A stretch of DNA of 35,770 nucleotides, from the UHGV virus genome UHGV-0348126, one strand, 5' to 3'. Source of the stretch: a virus. This document shows, in pieces, positions 9,800 through 19,284 of the stretch. How positions within the stretch are numbered: position 1 is the stretch's first letter; each line of letters starts with the position of its first letter. The notes under the pieces are model-generated. The model ran no database searches, was not told the DNA's origin, and was given only the letters and a program-made list of their open reading frames with translations. The translations under genes were made by a program, and so were the position numbers.

Positions 9800-10360
9800 T
9801 CAGGTAGGAAGGGTTATTTCGGTGTGATGTTCGATATCGCCGTCAGGCCCGTTACCGGGATCGAGATAATCAACATCAATCGCCAGCGTTCGCAGTTCAT
9901 CCAGACTGTTCAGGTCATCCTGCTGGCGGGTATCGTCTTCGGTCAGCTCGCTGATGACCGAAAAATCGAACTGATAAATCAGCTCATGACGATTCAGATC
10001 CAGCAGCGTGCCGCCGTCATAGGTAATCGGGTTACCGCACGCCTCCGGGTTCCAGCCCAGCAGAGCCTTAAAGAGCATCTGCCGGACATCGTCCACCACA
10101 TCATACGAGGCAAACTGACCGCGCTCATCACGCCCGTTACTCAGTATGACAACCACGGAGAAACCCTCTTTCAGCTCCTGCCAGTAGTCGGTCTGGCTTT
10201 TGTTTTCTCCCGGAGAGTCATCACCCGGTACCACATACGCCGCCGGGAGTCTCAGCTTTCCGACCTCCGGCAGATTTTTGAACTGTGCCGCGCCTGCCAC
10301 CCGGTTTTCAAAATACGGGCAGCGGGCACGCAGCGCAGCAATAACAGGCGTCAGTTTCAT
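9800..10360 (-). CDS. Mu gp37-like tail protein with acidic C-terminal region
   Basis: 186-aa ORF; position between head-tail joining genes and sheath; recalled Gp37-family resemblance. Confidence 0.55.
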   Translation of the reverse strand: MKLTPVIAALRARCPYFENRVAGAAQFKNLPEVGKLRLPAAYVVPGDDSPGENKSQTDYWQELKEGFSVVVILSNGRDERGQFASYDVVDDVRQMLFKALLGWNPEACGNPITYDGGTLLDLNRHELIYQFDFSVISELTEDDTRQQDDLNSLDELRTLAIDVDYLDPGNGPDGDIEHHTEITLPT

Positions 10361-10863
10361 CTGTGTCGTCGCTCCGGCTTCAGTGATTTACGCAATTCCC
10401 GCGCCAGAAAATAGCGTGTCCAGCTGCGGTTCTTTTCAAGAGTTTCCACCATGAAGTTATTACGTGGAGCCAGTCGCCAGCCGCTGCCACCGGATGCACC
10501 ACGATGATGACTGCGACGACGTTTTGCTCCTCCCCGGACACCAAAAAACAGAAACGCCGGATAGAAGTCACCAGAGATCATCCGGTTCCCCTTCCCGTTG
10601 CGCTGGTTAGGGGCAATGCGTGTCATAAAACCGGCTCGCTTTTTACTGGCTCTCGGCACCATATAACCAATCGAACGAGCCAGGCGTCCGGTCTGATAAC
10701 CGGGGTTTTCACCCGGTGCCGACCGCGCACGGCGCATCACCAGCCGACGGGCATCACGCATATGACGCTGCCCAATCGTGACAAACGCCCGTCGGACACG
10801 GGCGCGGTTAAAGCGCATCTCGGCGGGCTGCTGAACATCAACGTGAAAAAAGGGAGTCGCCAT
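10357..10863 (-). CDS. putative tail completion / neck protein (HK97 gp10-like), highly basic
   Basis: 168-aa ORF; contains PGENPGYQTGRLARSIGY reminiscent of HK97 gp10-family motifs; Arg-rich; ATGA overlap with downstream gene. Confidence 0.45.
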   Translation of the reverse strand: MATPFFHVDVQQPAEMRFNRARVRRAFVTIGQRHMRDARRLVMRRARSAPGENPGYQTGRLARSIGYMVPRASKKRAGFMTRIAPNQRNGKGNRMISGDFYPAFLFFGVRGGAKRRRSHHRGASGGSGWRLAPRNNFMVETLEKNRSWTRYFLARELRKSLKPERRHR

Positions 10864-11248
10864 TGCTGCCTCCGTGACTCTGCCTACATTCGCCCAGCTC
10901 CGTACACTCCAGCAGCAGAAAGCGCCGCGCCCCGTTCAGATCACGCTGACGTTTCACCCGGTACACACTGTCATCACAGACCACCTCATAATCAGCAGTG
11001 ATCCCCCGGCGGTAACGAATGGTGATGTAATGGGTGATGGCGTCCCCGGTCTGCGCGGTTTCCTGCCAGGTGGTGGCACTGGTCTGGACAACCTTCGCCC
11101 ATGCCCGGAACGCAACCGGGTATTGAGGCTCCACGCCAAAGTTATCCGCAGGCATATCCACCCGCTGGCGGATCAGGACGCGTTTATTCAGTTCGCCGGG
11201 GTCCGGCAGAATGTAGGTTGCGCTGGTCTGCGTCTGACGAATTTTCAT
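10838..11248 (-). CDS. head-tail joining / head closure protein
   Basis: 136-aa ORF between the gp6-like connector and the gp10-like gene; order matches the HK97-type head-tail joining cluster. Confidence 0.55.
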   Translation of the reverse strand: MKIRQTQTSATYILPDPGELNKRVLIRQRVDMPADNFGVEPQYPVAFRAWAKVVQTSATTWQETAQTGDAITHYITIRYRRGITADYEVVCDDSVYRVKRQRDLNGARRFLLLECTELGECRQSHGGSNGDSLFSR

Positions 11249-11568
11249 TGCGGAAAGTACCTGTACGGGCCGACAAGCCAGCCAAAACTCTGCGGCATGT
11301 CGAGTTTCTCCACTTCCGTAACCGAAGAGCGGTTTTCGTAAAAATGGCTGATAAGCATCAGCATCCCCAGACGAATATCATCCGACAGGTGCAGCCCGTC
11401 CGGATCGCTGTCCGGAATGGTTTCATCCGGTGCATAGAGCTTCCGGTTCAGATACGTTTCCGTCCGCTTTTGCGCCGCACAGGCCAGCAGTTGCAGATGG
11501 CGGTCATCAGCATCGAAATCCTCATCCAGCCGGAGTTGGGCTTTAATCTCTTCCATTGTCAGAAGCAT
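11245..11568 (-). CDS. head-tail connector protein (gp6-like)
   Basis: 107-aa ORF; position downstream of the major capsid gene; recalled resemblance to the phage gp6-like head-tail connector family. Confidence 0.65.
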   Translation of the reverse strand: MLLTMEEIKAQLRLDEDFDADDRHLQLLACAAQKRTETYLNRKLYAPDETIPDSDPDGLHLSDDIRLGMLMLISHFYENRSSVTEVEKLDMPQSFGWLVGPYRYFPQ

Positions 11569-11570
11569 AC

Positions 11571-11771
11571 TCAGCCCTCTTTACTGGTCGTGGCTTTTTT
11601 CTCTTTTGCCGCTTTACTGCTTTTTGCACTGGTTCCGCGCTCTGCTAACCCGGCCTGAAGTGCAATCTCCTGCACCCGGGCAGGAAGCGCCCCGTCGTCA
11701 TACTCACCGGCCCGAATGACCTCAACACGCATACCGTCCGGTGACCATTTCAGATCTTGTTTCAGGATCAT
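11571..11771 (-). CDS. hypothetical small protein (head module)
   Basis: 66-aa ORF with Lys/Ala-rich C-terminus, RBS-like GGGTGAAG upstream; sits between capsid and connector genes. Confidence 0.4.
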   Translation of the reverse strand: MILKQDLKWSPDGMRVEVIRAGEYDDGALPARVQEIALQAGLAERGTSAKSSKAAKEKKATTSKEG

Positions 11772-11820
11772 GATTCTTCACCCGTCAGAACAGGGGGCGC
11801 GGTTCCGCGCCCCTGAGTGA

Positions 11821-13026
11821 TTACGCCGCTGCAATCTTCATCAGTTTGATGGCCTGCGAATCGACCAGCATCCCGCCGGTGCGCTTGGTGGTATAAAAAC
11901 CGACAAACGGTTTATTGGTGTACGGGTCACGCAGAATGCGGGTGCCGATACGGTCAACGATGGTGTAACCCCGTTTGAAGTTACCAAATGCAAGGGCTTT
12001 CGCATCAGCGGCGATATCCGGCATCTGTTCGTTTTCAGCGATACCGTAACCCGCCAGAGAGGACGGCTGCCCCAGTTCCAGCCCCGGACGCCACAGATAG
12101 TTACCCTCGGTGTCTTTCAGCAGACGGATGGCAAACAGGCTGTTGTTATTCATCATGAACTTCGCGCCAGTGCGGTGTGCCTTTCGCAGCGTGTAAATCA
12201 GTTTGATAATGGCGTCTGCGGTCACCGCAGTCGCGTCGCCGGATACAATATGCTGAAGTTTGCCGAACGCCCGGACCTTATCGGTTTCATCCGTGGATTC
12301 ATACGCCAGGAACCCTTTCGGCTTCTTGGTACCATCGCCGGTGGTAAAGGCAATTTCTTCCTGTTCGGCAAATTCGGTTGCCAGCTCTCTGTTGATCCAG
12401 GCCTCCACGTTGAAAAAGGCATCATCCAGCATTTTCTGGGTGGCCTGCGGGTTACCGTAGATTTCCCCCATGAAAGGTTCAATCAGCCCCAGTTTTGAGG
12501 TGGCAGTCTGGGAGCGCGCGTCAGTCTCGCCAACCCACCCGGAAGCCGTGCCGCCCAGATTCACCAGTTTTTTGTAGTCGGAACCACCAACGGTGATCAC
12601 CGTGGCTTCCTGACGCATCACCACTTCATCTTTCAGCAGGTTAAGAATGTTGCGATCCAGTTCTTCCGGCACGGCGTAGCCACCGTCTTCATCGGTGCCC
12701 ACCTGCAATGCCTTACGCTCCAGATCGCGCAGACCGTCTTCACGGCCTTTACGCAGGAAGCCCACAAACGCCTCTTTATGCTCGGTGGCCAGTTTATTTT
12801 GCGCACCACCTGCCGGACGTTTCAGCTCAAGCAGCTCTTTTTCAAGATCGCTTTTGAGGTTTTCCAGCTCGCTGAGTTTCCCGTTCAGGGTTTCCACCTG
12901 CCCGGCAAGCTTGCCTTTTTCCTGCTCAATCGCATCCACGCGCTTGTCGTTCTTTGCTTTGAAGTCGTCAAACTTCTGCTGCAGCTCCTGCGCGACCTGT
13001 TCGACATCTTTAATATCAACCGCCAT
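11821..13026 (-). CDS. major capsid protein, HK97 family
   Basis: 401-aa ORF; N-terminal coiled-coil delta-domain-like region (LQQKFDDFKAKNDKRVDAIEQEKGKLAGQVETLNGKLSELENLKSDLEKEL) followed by a capsid body; directly downstream of the prohead protease. Confidence 0.9.
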   Translation of the reverse strand: MAVDIKDVEQVAQELQQKFDDFKAKNDKRVDAIEQEKGKLAGQVETLNGKLSELENLKSDLEKELLELKRPAGGAQNKLATEHKEAFVGFLRKGREDGLRDLERKALQVGTDEDGGYAVPEELDRNILNLLKDEVVMRQEATVITVGGSDYKKLVNLGGTASGWVGETDARSQTATSKLGLIEPFMGEIYGNPQATQKMLDDAFFNVEAWINRELATEFAEQEEIAFTTGDGTKKPKGFLAYESTDETDKVRAFGKLQHIVSGDATAVTADAIIKLIYTLRKAHRTGAKFMMNNNSLFAIRLLKDTEGNYLWRPGLELGQPSSLAGYGIAENEQMPDIAADAKALAFGNFKRGYTIVDRIGTRILRDPYTNKPFVGFYTTKRTGGMLVDSQAIKLMKIAAA

Positions 13027-13040
13027 CGTATTTCTCCTGA

Positions 13041-13727
13041 TTAGAAGTTCAGATTTTTCAGTGCATTCAGTGCAGAGCCCACATCCTCAGCGTCGCGCAG
13101 GGACAGTGCGCCATAGCCCCCGGCCATGAATGCTTTGGCCTGGGTACGGGAGAGTCCGACATCACGCAGGACTCTTTCGATTTTTTTCTGTTCGGGGATT
13201 TCCCCGCGGGCCAGTGCGTTCTTGACGTCGCTGATCCGCGCCTCGTCGTTAGACGGGAACGTCACCAGGCTGACTTCCCAGAGGTCGATTTCTTTCAGCA
13301 GAAAGGCTTCTTTGCTCCGGTCGTATTCCCAGTCTTTCAGGACGTACCCAATAGAAAGGCCGGTTAACGAACCGGCCTTCATGTGTGCATGTGCGCGTTT
13401 TGCCAGGGGATCATCATCAATAAGCAACCGTCCCCTGACGTAAAGCCCGACATCGTCTTCCTTCATTTCGGTGTAAACACCGATGGGTTCATCCATGCGG
13501 TGCTGCCAGAGCAGTGCAGGTAACGCTTTTCGGTCACTCCACGCCCGCAGGGAAGCAGCAAATGCCCCGGACATCACCACATCATCGTGGCTGTCCTTTA
13601 CACCAAAGACGGAGCCATACCCTTCAAACTCACCGGAGTCACTGACAGATTTCAGACTCAGCGGTACATCAAGACGTTGTTTCGTCTGCATTGGCGTTAT
13701 CCTTCTGCTTACCGGCCTTACTGCCAT
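13041..13727 (-). CDS. prohead protease (HK97 gp4-like); true start may be the internal Met at 13691
   Basis: 228-aa ORF between portal and capsid; recalled HK97-family protease resemblance; overlaps the portal 3' end. Confidence 0.8.
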   Translation of the reverse strand: MAVRPVSRRITPMQTKQRLDVPLSLKSVSDSGEFEGYGSVFGVKDSHDDVVMSGAFAASLRAWSDRKALPALLWQHRMDEPIGVYTEMKEDDVGLYVRGRLLIDDDPLAKRAHAHMKAGSLTGLSIGYVLKDWEYDRSKEAFLLKEIDLWEVSLVTFPSNDEARISDVKNALARGEIPEQKKIERVLRDVGLSRTQAKAFMAGGYGALSLRDAEDVGSALNALKNLNF

Positions 13728-14910
13728 CGGAGGGTTTCGTGGTCATGTTCATCGGTGTGAGATAGACATCACCACCGGGACGCGGATTCATATCTTCCAG
13801 GTCGCGGCAGTCATTGGGAGAGTAAATTCCCCAGTTGATCCCGGTGGCGTAGGCTTCAAAACGGGACTTCATATCCCCGCGCAGTAACGCCCCGGCGTTA
13901 AATTTGGCGTAATAAACGCCCTGCTTACTTTTTCGTACCAGTCCGGTGTTGATCCGCTGTTCGATGCGGGTCAGATACGGCACCAGTGAATAGTTGATAA
14001 ATCCCAGCCCCAGCTCTTCGATATTGTTGAAGGTGGCGCGATCGGTGTTCTGCACCATGTGCAACGGCACCCGGAACAGACGACAGATTTCTTCAAGCTG
14101 AAACTTGCGGGTTTCCAGGAACTGGCTGTCCTCGGCGTTCAGCGCCATCGACTTCCAGTCCAGCCCCATCTCAAGGATCATCGGGCGGTGAGCATTGCCA
14201 AGCCCGGTGTGACGCTCCTCAAAATCTTTCTTCAGGCGCTCATAAGCCTGATCTGACAGCGTCTGCTCTGTACGCAACACACCCGACGTCACCGCGCCAT
14301 TGCTGAACAGTCTGGCCCCGTGCTCTTCGGTCGCTGCCGCCAGCGATATTGCCTCGCGGGCATAGGCGATGGGATTCAGCCCCACCAGTCCGTCCAGCGT
14401 CAGCGTGCGCACATGCCAGATATCCTCCTGGCTCAGTACATCCGTGGAGCCATCCGGGAATGTGACCTGATAGATCGGCTCCCAGCTACTGTTAAGCTTC
14501 GGTACCACACAGCCGGGATCGACGGGCAGCAGTTCAGCCACTTCGCCAAATGCTTTCACTTTGTAGGCGTAAAAGTTTCCCCGCAGGCACAGACAGGTGA
14601 CCACCAGCTCCCAGAACTCCTGCGGCGTCATATAGCCATTGGGATGCGTGGAGATCAGTTTATGCAGACGTTCGCCGGTGGCTCTCTGCTTCAGGCTGCC
14701 GTTCAGGTGATACAGATTGCAGGGCAACATCCCGACCGACTCTGCCAGCACTCTGACGCAGGAAAAAACCGCCGTCAGTCGCATGGCCCGCTGACTGCTG
14801 ATCTGCTTTCCGGTATAGGTGTCGTAGGACAACCCGATGGCATCCGCCAGCTCTGCTGGCGTGGTCACCGGTGCGTCACTTTTTCGTTGAAATAATCCCG
14901 AAAAGAACAC
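13669..14910 (-). CDS. portal protein, HK97 family
   Basis: 413-aa ORF downstream of the terminase large subunit; size and order typical. Confidence 0.85.
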   Translation of the reverse strand: MFFSGLFQRKSDAPVTTPAELADAIGLSYDTYTGKQISSQRAMRLTAVFSCVRVLAESVGMLPCNLYHLNGSLKQRATGERLHKLISTHPNGYMTPQEFWELVVTCLCLRGNFYAYKVKAFGEVAELLPVDPGCVVPKLNSSWEPIYQVTFPDGSTDVLSQEDIWHVRTLTLDGLVGLNPIAYAREAISLAAATEEHGARLFSNGAVTSGVLRTEQTLSDQAYERLKKDFEERHTGLGNAHRPMILEMGLDWKSMALNAEDSQFLETRKFQLEEICRLFRVPLHMVQNTDRATFNNIEELGLGFINYSLVPYLTRIEQRINTGLVRKSKQGVYYAKFNAGALLRGDMKSRFEAYATGINWGIYSPNDCRDLEDMNPRPGGDVYLTPMNMTTKPSDGSKAGKQKDNANADETTS

Positions 14911-15092
14911 TATTTACCTCCACCAACAGACAGCTGTGTACGGTCGAGATATCGCGCTACCAGCCACGACCAGAACAGGCACAACGCCCCGGCAACAACA
15001 AACCCCGCCGGGGGATAAATCAGCCAGGCACCATACGCCAGCAAAAGCGCCCCCAGCACGCCCACCAGAGGCGCGAGAATCAGCATGATCAT
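14910..15092 (-). CDS. hypothetical small membrane protein
   Basis: 60-aa ORF, two hydrophobic segments ([23 protein letters not shown]; [18 protein letters not shown]); stop overlaps the portal start by 1 nt. Confidence 0.4.
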   Translation of the reverse strand: MIMLILAPLVGVLGALLLAYGAWLIYPPAGFVVAGALCLFWSWLVARYLDRTQLSVGGGK

Positions 15093-15103
15093 AATTACCT
15101 CAG

Positions 15104-16837
15104 TTAAAGCGAGCGGATCCCATAGGACTCAATGTGGTCAGACAGCGTGTCTTCTTTCTCGTACAGCATGGCTCTGCCAACCGCCATAATCAGCGCAACT
15201 GCACCGTCAATTTTGTTTTCCGCCTGCTCTTTGACGGGTTTCACCACATCATCGTTACCCGGAATGGTTTTGCCGACCACATTGCCGATACACCAGGTCA
15301 TGATGGGATTGCCATCATGATGAAAGCGCCCCGATTCAATTGCCGCTTCCAGCTCTTTCATCGGGTCGGACATGTTGGTGTAGTTCTGAATGATAGTGAC
15401 GGGATTCAGGTCTTCATCAGCAAGGTCATGTGACAACCCGGTCGCCCCGAAGGGGTCGATGGGTGACTCACTGACCGGGCTGATTTTGTTCGCCGCTTTG
15501 GCCTCCTCGAGGATGTAGCGATAATCCACCTCCGCACCATCGGTAACGGTCAGAACGCCCATTTCCACCCATTTCTGAAAGCGTTCGGCTGTCCGGCGAT
15601 CTTCATTTTTCTCGACGCTGTACACCGTGTCATACGGTACCCAGAAGCGCGGAGCCACACTGTAGTAATGCGTTTTACCGTCAATCTCGCGGGTATAAAG
15701 TCGCGCCATGCTGTTCATATCCAGCTTACGCGCCAGGTCAAAGGCCAGAATGCACGGCTGCCCCTCGAACTGCTCAAGGGTCAGTGATTTATCCTCGCAG
15801 CTCTGCCAGCTCACCAGGTTGAAATACGCCGAACGCGCCGACACCCAGATATTGAGGTGTTTTGTTTTAAAGACGTTTGCCAGACGGGCGTTATTTTTCG
15901 CACGCTGCTGCTGACTTAACAAAAATTCGCGATAAACCGACACGCCAATATTTGGATTGGCTTTTTCCAGCACCTGCGGGTCGGTCCAGTCGTCACCTTC
16001 ATCAACGGTATAGATGATCCCGAACAGTTCATCGTTAGGCACCGAGCCGTTGAGCATCTCGATGACTTCCCGCCGCTTGTCGTAGCACGGCCCCTCAATG
16101 TTGTACCCGGCGGTGGTGATGGCCCACATCAGTGGCTGACGTCGCGCCCCCATCCCGGTAAGCATTGTGGTATAAAGCGCATCGGTGGCATGCTCGTGAT
16201 ATTCATCAACCACGGCACAGTGGGGTGATGAACCATCACCGGGGTTGCCGATCAGCGGTTCAAACCGCGCGCCATCCTCCGGACGGTTCATGTTTGAGGC
16301 GTTAACCTCAATCCCGAACGCTTCCGTCAGCATGGGTGTGCGTTTACACATCAGTCGCGCCGGGCGAAAGACTTCCCACGCCTGTTTCTCTGTCGTGGCA
16401 CCGGAATACACTTCCGCGCCAAACTCGTTATCACAGGCAAAACAATACAGGGCAACACCGGCAGAGATTGCTGATTTGCCGTTCTTACGGGGGATTTCGG
16501 TATACACCTCCCGGAAGCGGCGCAACCGGGTGCCTTTATTGACCCAGCCAAACGCACAGCAGATCACAAATAGCTGCCACGGCTCCAGCGTGATGGGCAT
16601 CCGTTTGAATGCCCACTCACCCTTGGTGTGCGGCAACAGCTGAATAAATTTCGCGGCCCGTTCAGCCAGGTCCTTGTCGAAGCGGTAACGAAACGACTTA
16701 CTTTTTTCCGCCATCAGGTCATCAAGATGGCGCTGGCAGGCCTGAATCACAAACTGGCAGGCAACAATCTTTCCGCGCACGACATCCCGGGCATACTGAT
16801 TGGCAGCATTTACGTTGGGGTAAGATTTCCGGCTCAT
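15104..16837 (-). CDS. terminase large subunit
   Basis: 577-aa ORF; Walker-A-like RKNGKS; size and position after the small subunit. Confidence 0.9.
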   Translation of the reverse strand: MSRKSYPNVNAANQYARDVVRGKIVACQFVIQACQRHLDDLMAEKSKSFRYRFDKDLAERAAKFIQLLPHTKGEWAFKRMPITLEPWQLFVICCAFGWVNKGTRLRRFREVYTEIPRKNGKSAISAGVALYCFACDNEFGAEVYSGATTEKQAWEVFRPARLMCKRTPMLTEAFGIEVNASNMNRPEDGARFEPLIGNPGDGSSPHCAVVDEYHEHATDALYTTMLTGMGARRQPLMWAITTAGYNIEGPCYDKRREVIEMLNGSVPNDELFGIIYTVDEGDDWTDPQVLEKANPNIGVSVYREFLLSQQQRAKNNARLANVFKTKHLNIWVSARSAYFNLVSWQSCEDKSLTLEQFEGQPCILAFDLARKLDMNSMARLYTREIDGKTHYYSVAPRFWVPYDTVYSVEKNEDRRTAERFQKWVEMGVLTVTDGAEVDYRYILEEAKAANKISPVSESPIDPFGATGLSHDLADEDLNPVTIIQNYTNMSDPMKELEAAIESGRFHHDGNPIMTWCIGNVVGKTIPGNDDVVKPVKEQAENKIDGAVALIMAVGRAMLYEKEDTLSDHIESYGIRSL

Positions 16838-17337
16838 GACTCGATGATTTTCAGAAACGGGTTAGTGGCTTTCTTCTGCCCCGCCAGGCCAATCAGACGC
16901 TGGCGGCTGCTGGGGTCGAGTCCGAGCATTGCCCCCGTGCTGCTCATCTCGGACTCCTGTTCTTTCTTGGCGGTCAGCTCCGGGTTTTTGACCATACCGC
17001 CCATTGCACCGGTAATGGTGTTGCCCTGGCTGGCAATATTTTTCACGGCACGTCGCCAGAACTCATAGGCCACGCACCACCGCTCAAGCACCGCGAGGTC
17101 AGTCACGCACAGCAGGCCCTGACCGCAGAGTTCTTTGGTTGTCAGTTGCCACATGATCGTGGCGAGAGGGAGATCTTCTTCAGCGAACCACTCCGGTGGC
17201 TCAACACCTTTGATGGGCGTAAAAACAGGTTCATCTTTATTCAGGGCTCGCTTGCCGGGGTTTCCGGCCAGCGCCTTGCGCGCCGTTGGCTTGGGGCGAC
17301 GCCCGGAACGCCCCGCCGTTCCAGCCATATGCGGCAC
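16834..17337 (-). CDS. terminase small subunit (P27-family-like)
   Basis: 167-aa ORF with basic N-terminus, ATGA overlap with the large subunit gene; downstream of HNH and the likely cos region. Confidence 0.75.
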   Translation of the reverse strand: MPHMAGTAGRSGRRPKPTARKALAGNPGKRALNKDEPVFTPIKGVEPPEWFAEEDLPLATIMWQLTTKELCGQGLLCVTDLAVLERWCVAYEFWRRAVKNIASQGNTITGAMGGMVKNPELTAKKEQESEMSSTGAMLGLDPSSRQRLIGLAGQKKATNPFLKIIES

Positions 17338-17453
17338 TCCTGGTTAAATTTCATTTTTCGCGGGTATAAAAAAACGATGGGGCGGGCAGTCCGGAAGACG
17401 TCAGGCCGCAGGGATTTGACCCGCCCCTCCCCTCAGGCAGTTGAGAATAATTA
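17338..17453. other. candidate cos (cohesive end) region
   Basis: 116-bp intergenic region between HNH and the terminase small subunit, the usual cos location in HK97-like phages; contains inverted GC blocks GGGGCGGG (17389..17396) and CCCGCCCC (17420..17427). Confidence 0.35.
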
Positions 17454-17804
17454 TCACTTCAACCATTCACGGGCCGTCTTCGCCTTATGACACGGCCAGC
17501 ACAGACTCTGCAGATTACAGTCGGCATCAGTGCCGCCATGCGCTTTAGGGATGATGTGGTCAACAGTTTTCGCCTCACGCACCACACCAGCACGCAGACA
17601 TAGCTGACACAGGCCTTTGTCACGCTTCAGGACACGCACGCGGATAACATCCCACTTCGAACCATAACCGCGCTGATGACGAGATTGTCCTGGCTTGTAT
17701 TGCTTCCAGCCTTCGCTTTTGTGGCTTTCGCAATAGCCTGACGGGTCAGTCGTGGTATGGCGGCAGCCGCGAACGCGGCAGGCTTTTGGGGTTCGTGGAG
17801 GCAT
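17454..17804 (-). CDS. HNH endonuclease (terminase-associated)
   Basis: 116-aa ORF with Cys-rich HNH motif DHIIPKAHGGTDADCNLQSLCWPCHKAKT; immediately upstream of terminase genes. Confidence 0.85.
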   Translation of the reverse strand: MPPRTPKACRVRGCRHTTTDPSGYCESHKSEGWKQYKPGQSRHQRGYGSKWDVIRVRVLKRDKGLCQLCLRAGVVREAKTVDHIIPKAHGGTDADCNLQSLCWPCHKAKTAREWLK

Positions 17805-17931
17805 CTATTATCCCTGTAGTTTTCGTTAAATATCTAACCATAACTGCAATCAGAAACCGCTTTAACACGGTTTGTTAAATAGACTTTTCAATCCAATGAA
17901 TAAACGGCAAGTAAATACCAATCGTTCATTT

Positions 17932-18378
17932 TCATTTGAATACAAACTGTTCTGAAAGAATATTATGACAAATATATTTCGCCTGAATACTATTATCTCT
18001 CATTCTAATATATTCTTTGTGGGCAACAGATAAAGAACGACAACCGCTGTTTACACGTGGGTATTTTTCCAACATATGTTCGCATATCAAAAAAGCATTA
18101 TTAACAGCATTTAATTTATGATTTAACTCTCGTAGCTCGGCCCTTTTTTCAATACGAACATTACGACTAAGAGATAAAGGTAGTTGTGATAATGCATTTG
18201 AATAATCAGCCACTGCCATTTTCAGAGCCATTTTGGCCTTCAGAGCCTCCTGTCGCCGCCAAACATTCATTGCCCAAAAACCTAATGTAACAGTTACAAT
18301 TGAACCTAAAGCCGATACAGCTGACCACACAGTTCCCCAAGGCCAGTTAAGTAATGTATGCCACATAATAACCTCCAC
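17932..18378 (-). CDS. hypothetical membrane-anchored protein (AT-rich moron)
   Basis: 148-aa ORF in a visibly AT-rich island between the lysis cassette and HNH; N-terminal hydrophobic helix WPWGTVWSAVSALGSIVTVTLGFWAMNVW followed by a charged helical region; no family recognised. Confidence 0.55.
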   Translation of the reverse strand: MEVIMWHTLLNWPWGTVWSAVSALGSIVTVTLGFWAMNVWRRQEALKAKMALKMAVADYSNALSQLPLSLSRNVRIEKRAELRELNHKLNAVNNAFLICEHMLEKYPRVNSGCRSLSVAHKEYIRMRDNSIQAKYICHNILSEQFVFK

Positions 18379-18734
18379 TGAATGAAAAGGTTAGTTTATC
18401 GCAAGTGAACATCACTGGCACTATCTAAAGATTAGCTGCTCTACTAGTTGTACTCTCGATAATCTACACAAAATGATACGTAATAAACCTGTTCATGACT
18501 AGCTCTACTAGACACATGTTTAATCATCGACAAACGATTTGTATAAACTTCCACTTTCATATTGATCCAAAAGGTTGGCCTAATAGTTAATCACGATGCA
18601 TATTTTATGCAAGCTGCTACATTACGCTATAAAAACGCTAGCATCTGAACTTAAAGCCATAGATTTTATAAAATTACCATAATACACAACTTTATTATGA
18701 GCATTCGCAACGATAATGAAAAATATAACTCGAG

Positions 18735-19007
18735 CTATTTGTCTTTCGAATGCAAAATAGCGCGCCGTGATTCAATATTTCTGATTCCAGTTTTATCAAA
18801 ATTACATTGTCCCAAGGCTGACAATAGAGCAACATTCAACTCCAGACTGGTACCATACGTCAGCGGATTGGGTATAAACGGTACTGGAGTATCAGAAGTC
18901 AGGCTGGCTGGCAGCGGTGCCACCGGATCGCTCACGTAAACCGTCCGCGTACTTCCGCAACCGGTCAGCAGCGGCAGCAGGCACAGGACGTGAAGCACAA
19001 TCATCAT
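18735..19007 (-). CDS. Rz1-like outer-membrane spanin lipoprotein (overlaps Rz in another frame)
   Basis: ORF frame 18735..19073 contains MMIVLHVLCLLPLLTGCGS (lipobox LTGC) followed by a Pro-rich sequence; starts inside Rz and runs past its stop. Confidence 0.5.
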   Translation of the reverse strand: MMIVLHVLCLLPLLTGCGSTRTVYVSDPVAPLPASLTSDTPVPFIPNPLTYGTSLELNVALLSALGQCNFDKTGIRNIESRRAILHSKDK

Positions 19008-19284
19008 CCGCAACAGCCACTTTGATATCTTCCTGGGTTCTCTGTGACTCCAGTGCGATCTGCTGTTTTGCATGTTGATTCGCCTCCTGAATGATGTTCG
19101 TTATTGCCATAGTACGCAGAACATTCGCGGTGATAGCCTCAGTAGAATCAGCTCGCTGTTCCGCAGCATCAGCACGCTTCTGCTCCTCCAGAAACTTTCC
19201 ATGATAGTGATTCGCTGACCAGACAAGACCACCAGCGACACAAGCAATAAACGTTAAAATGAGCGCCCAATAACTCATCTTCAT
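18892..19284 (-). CDS. Rz-like inner-membrane spanin
   Basis: 130-aa ORF with N-terminal transmembrane segment (YWALILTFIACVAGGLVW) and charged helical periplasmic domain; directly after the endolysin gene with 4-nt overlap. Confidence 0.7.
   Translation of the reverse strand: MKMSYWALILTFIACVAGGLVWSANHYHGKFLEEQKRADAAEQRADSTEAITANVLRTMAITNIIQEANQHAKQQIALESQRTQEDIKVAVADDDCASRPVPAAAADRLRKYADGLRERSGGTAASQPDF

Noticed and set aside
9824-10414. 196-aa plus-strand ORF
   Set aside because: Entirely antisense to the gp37-like and gp10-like genes, which have good operon context; Arg-rich low-complexity translation.
12695-13129. 144-aa plus-strand ORF, Ser/Cys-rich
   Set aside because: Antisense to the major capsid gene; low-complexity Ser/Phe/Cys sequence with no protein-like features.
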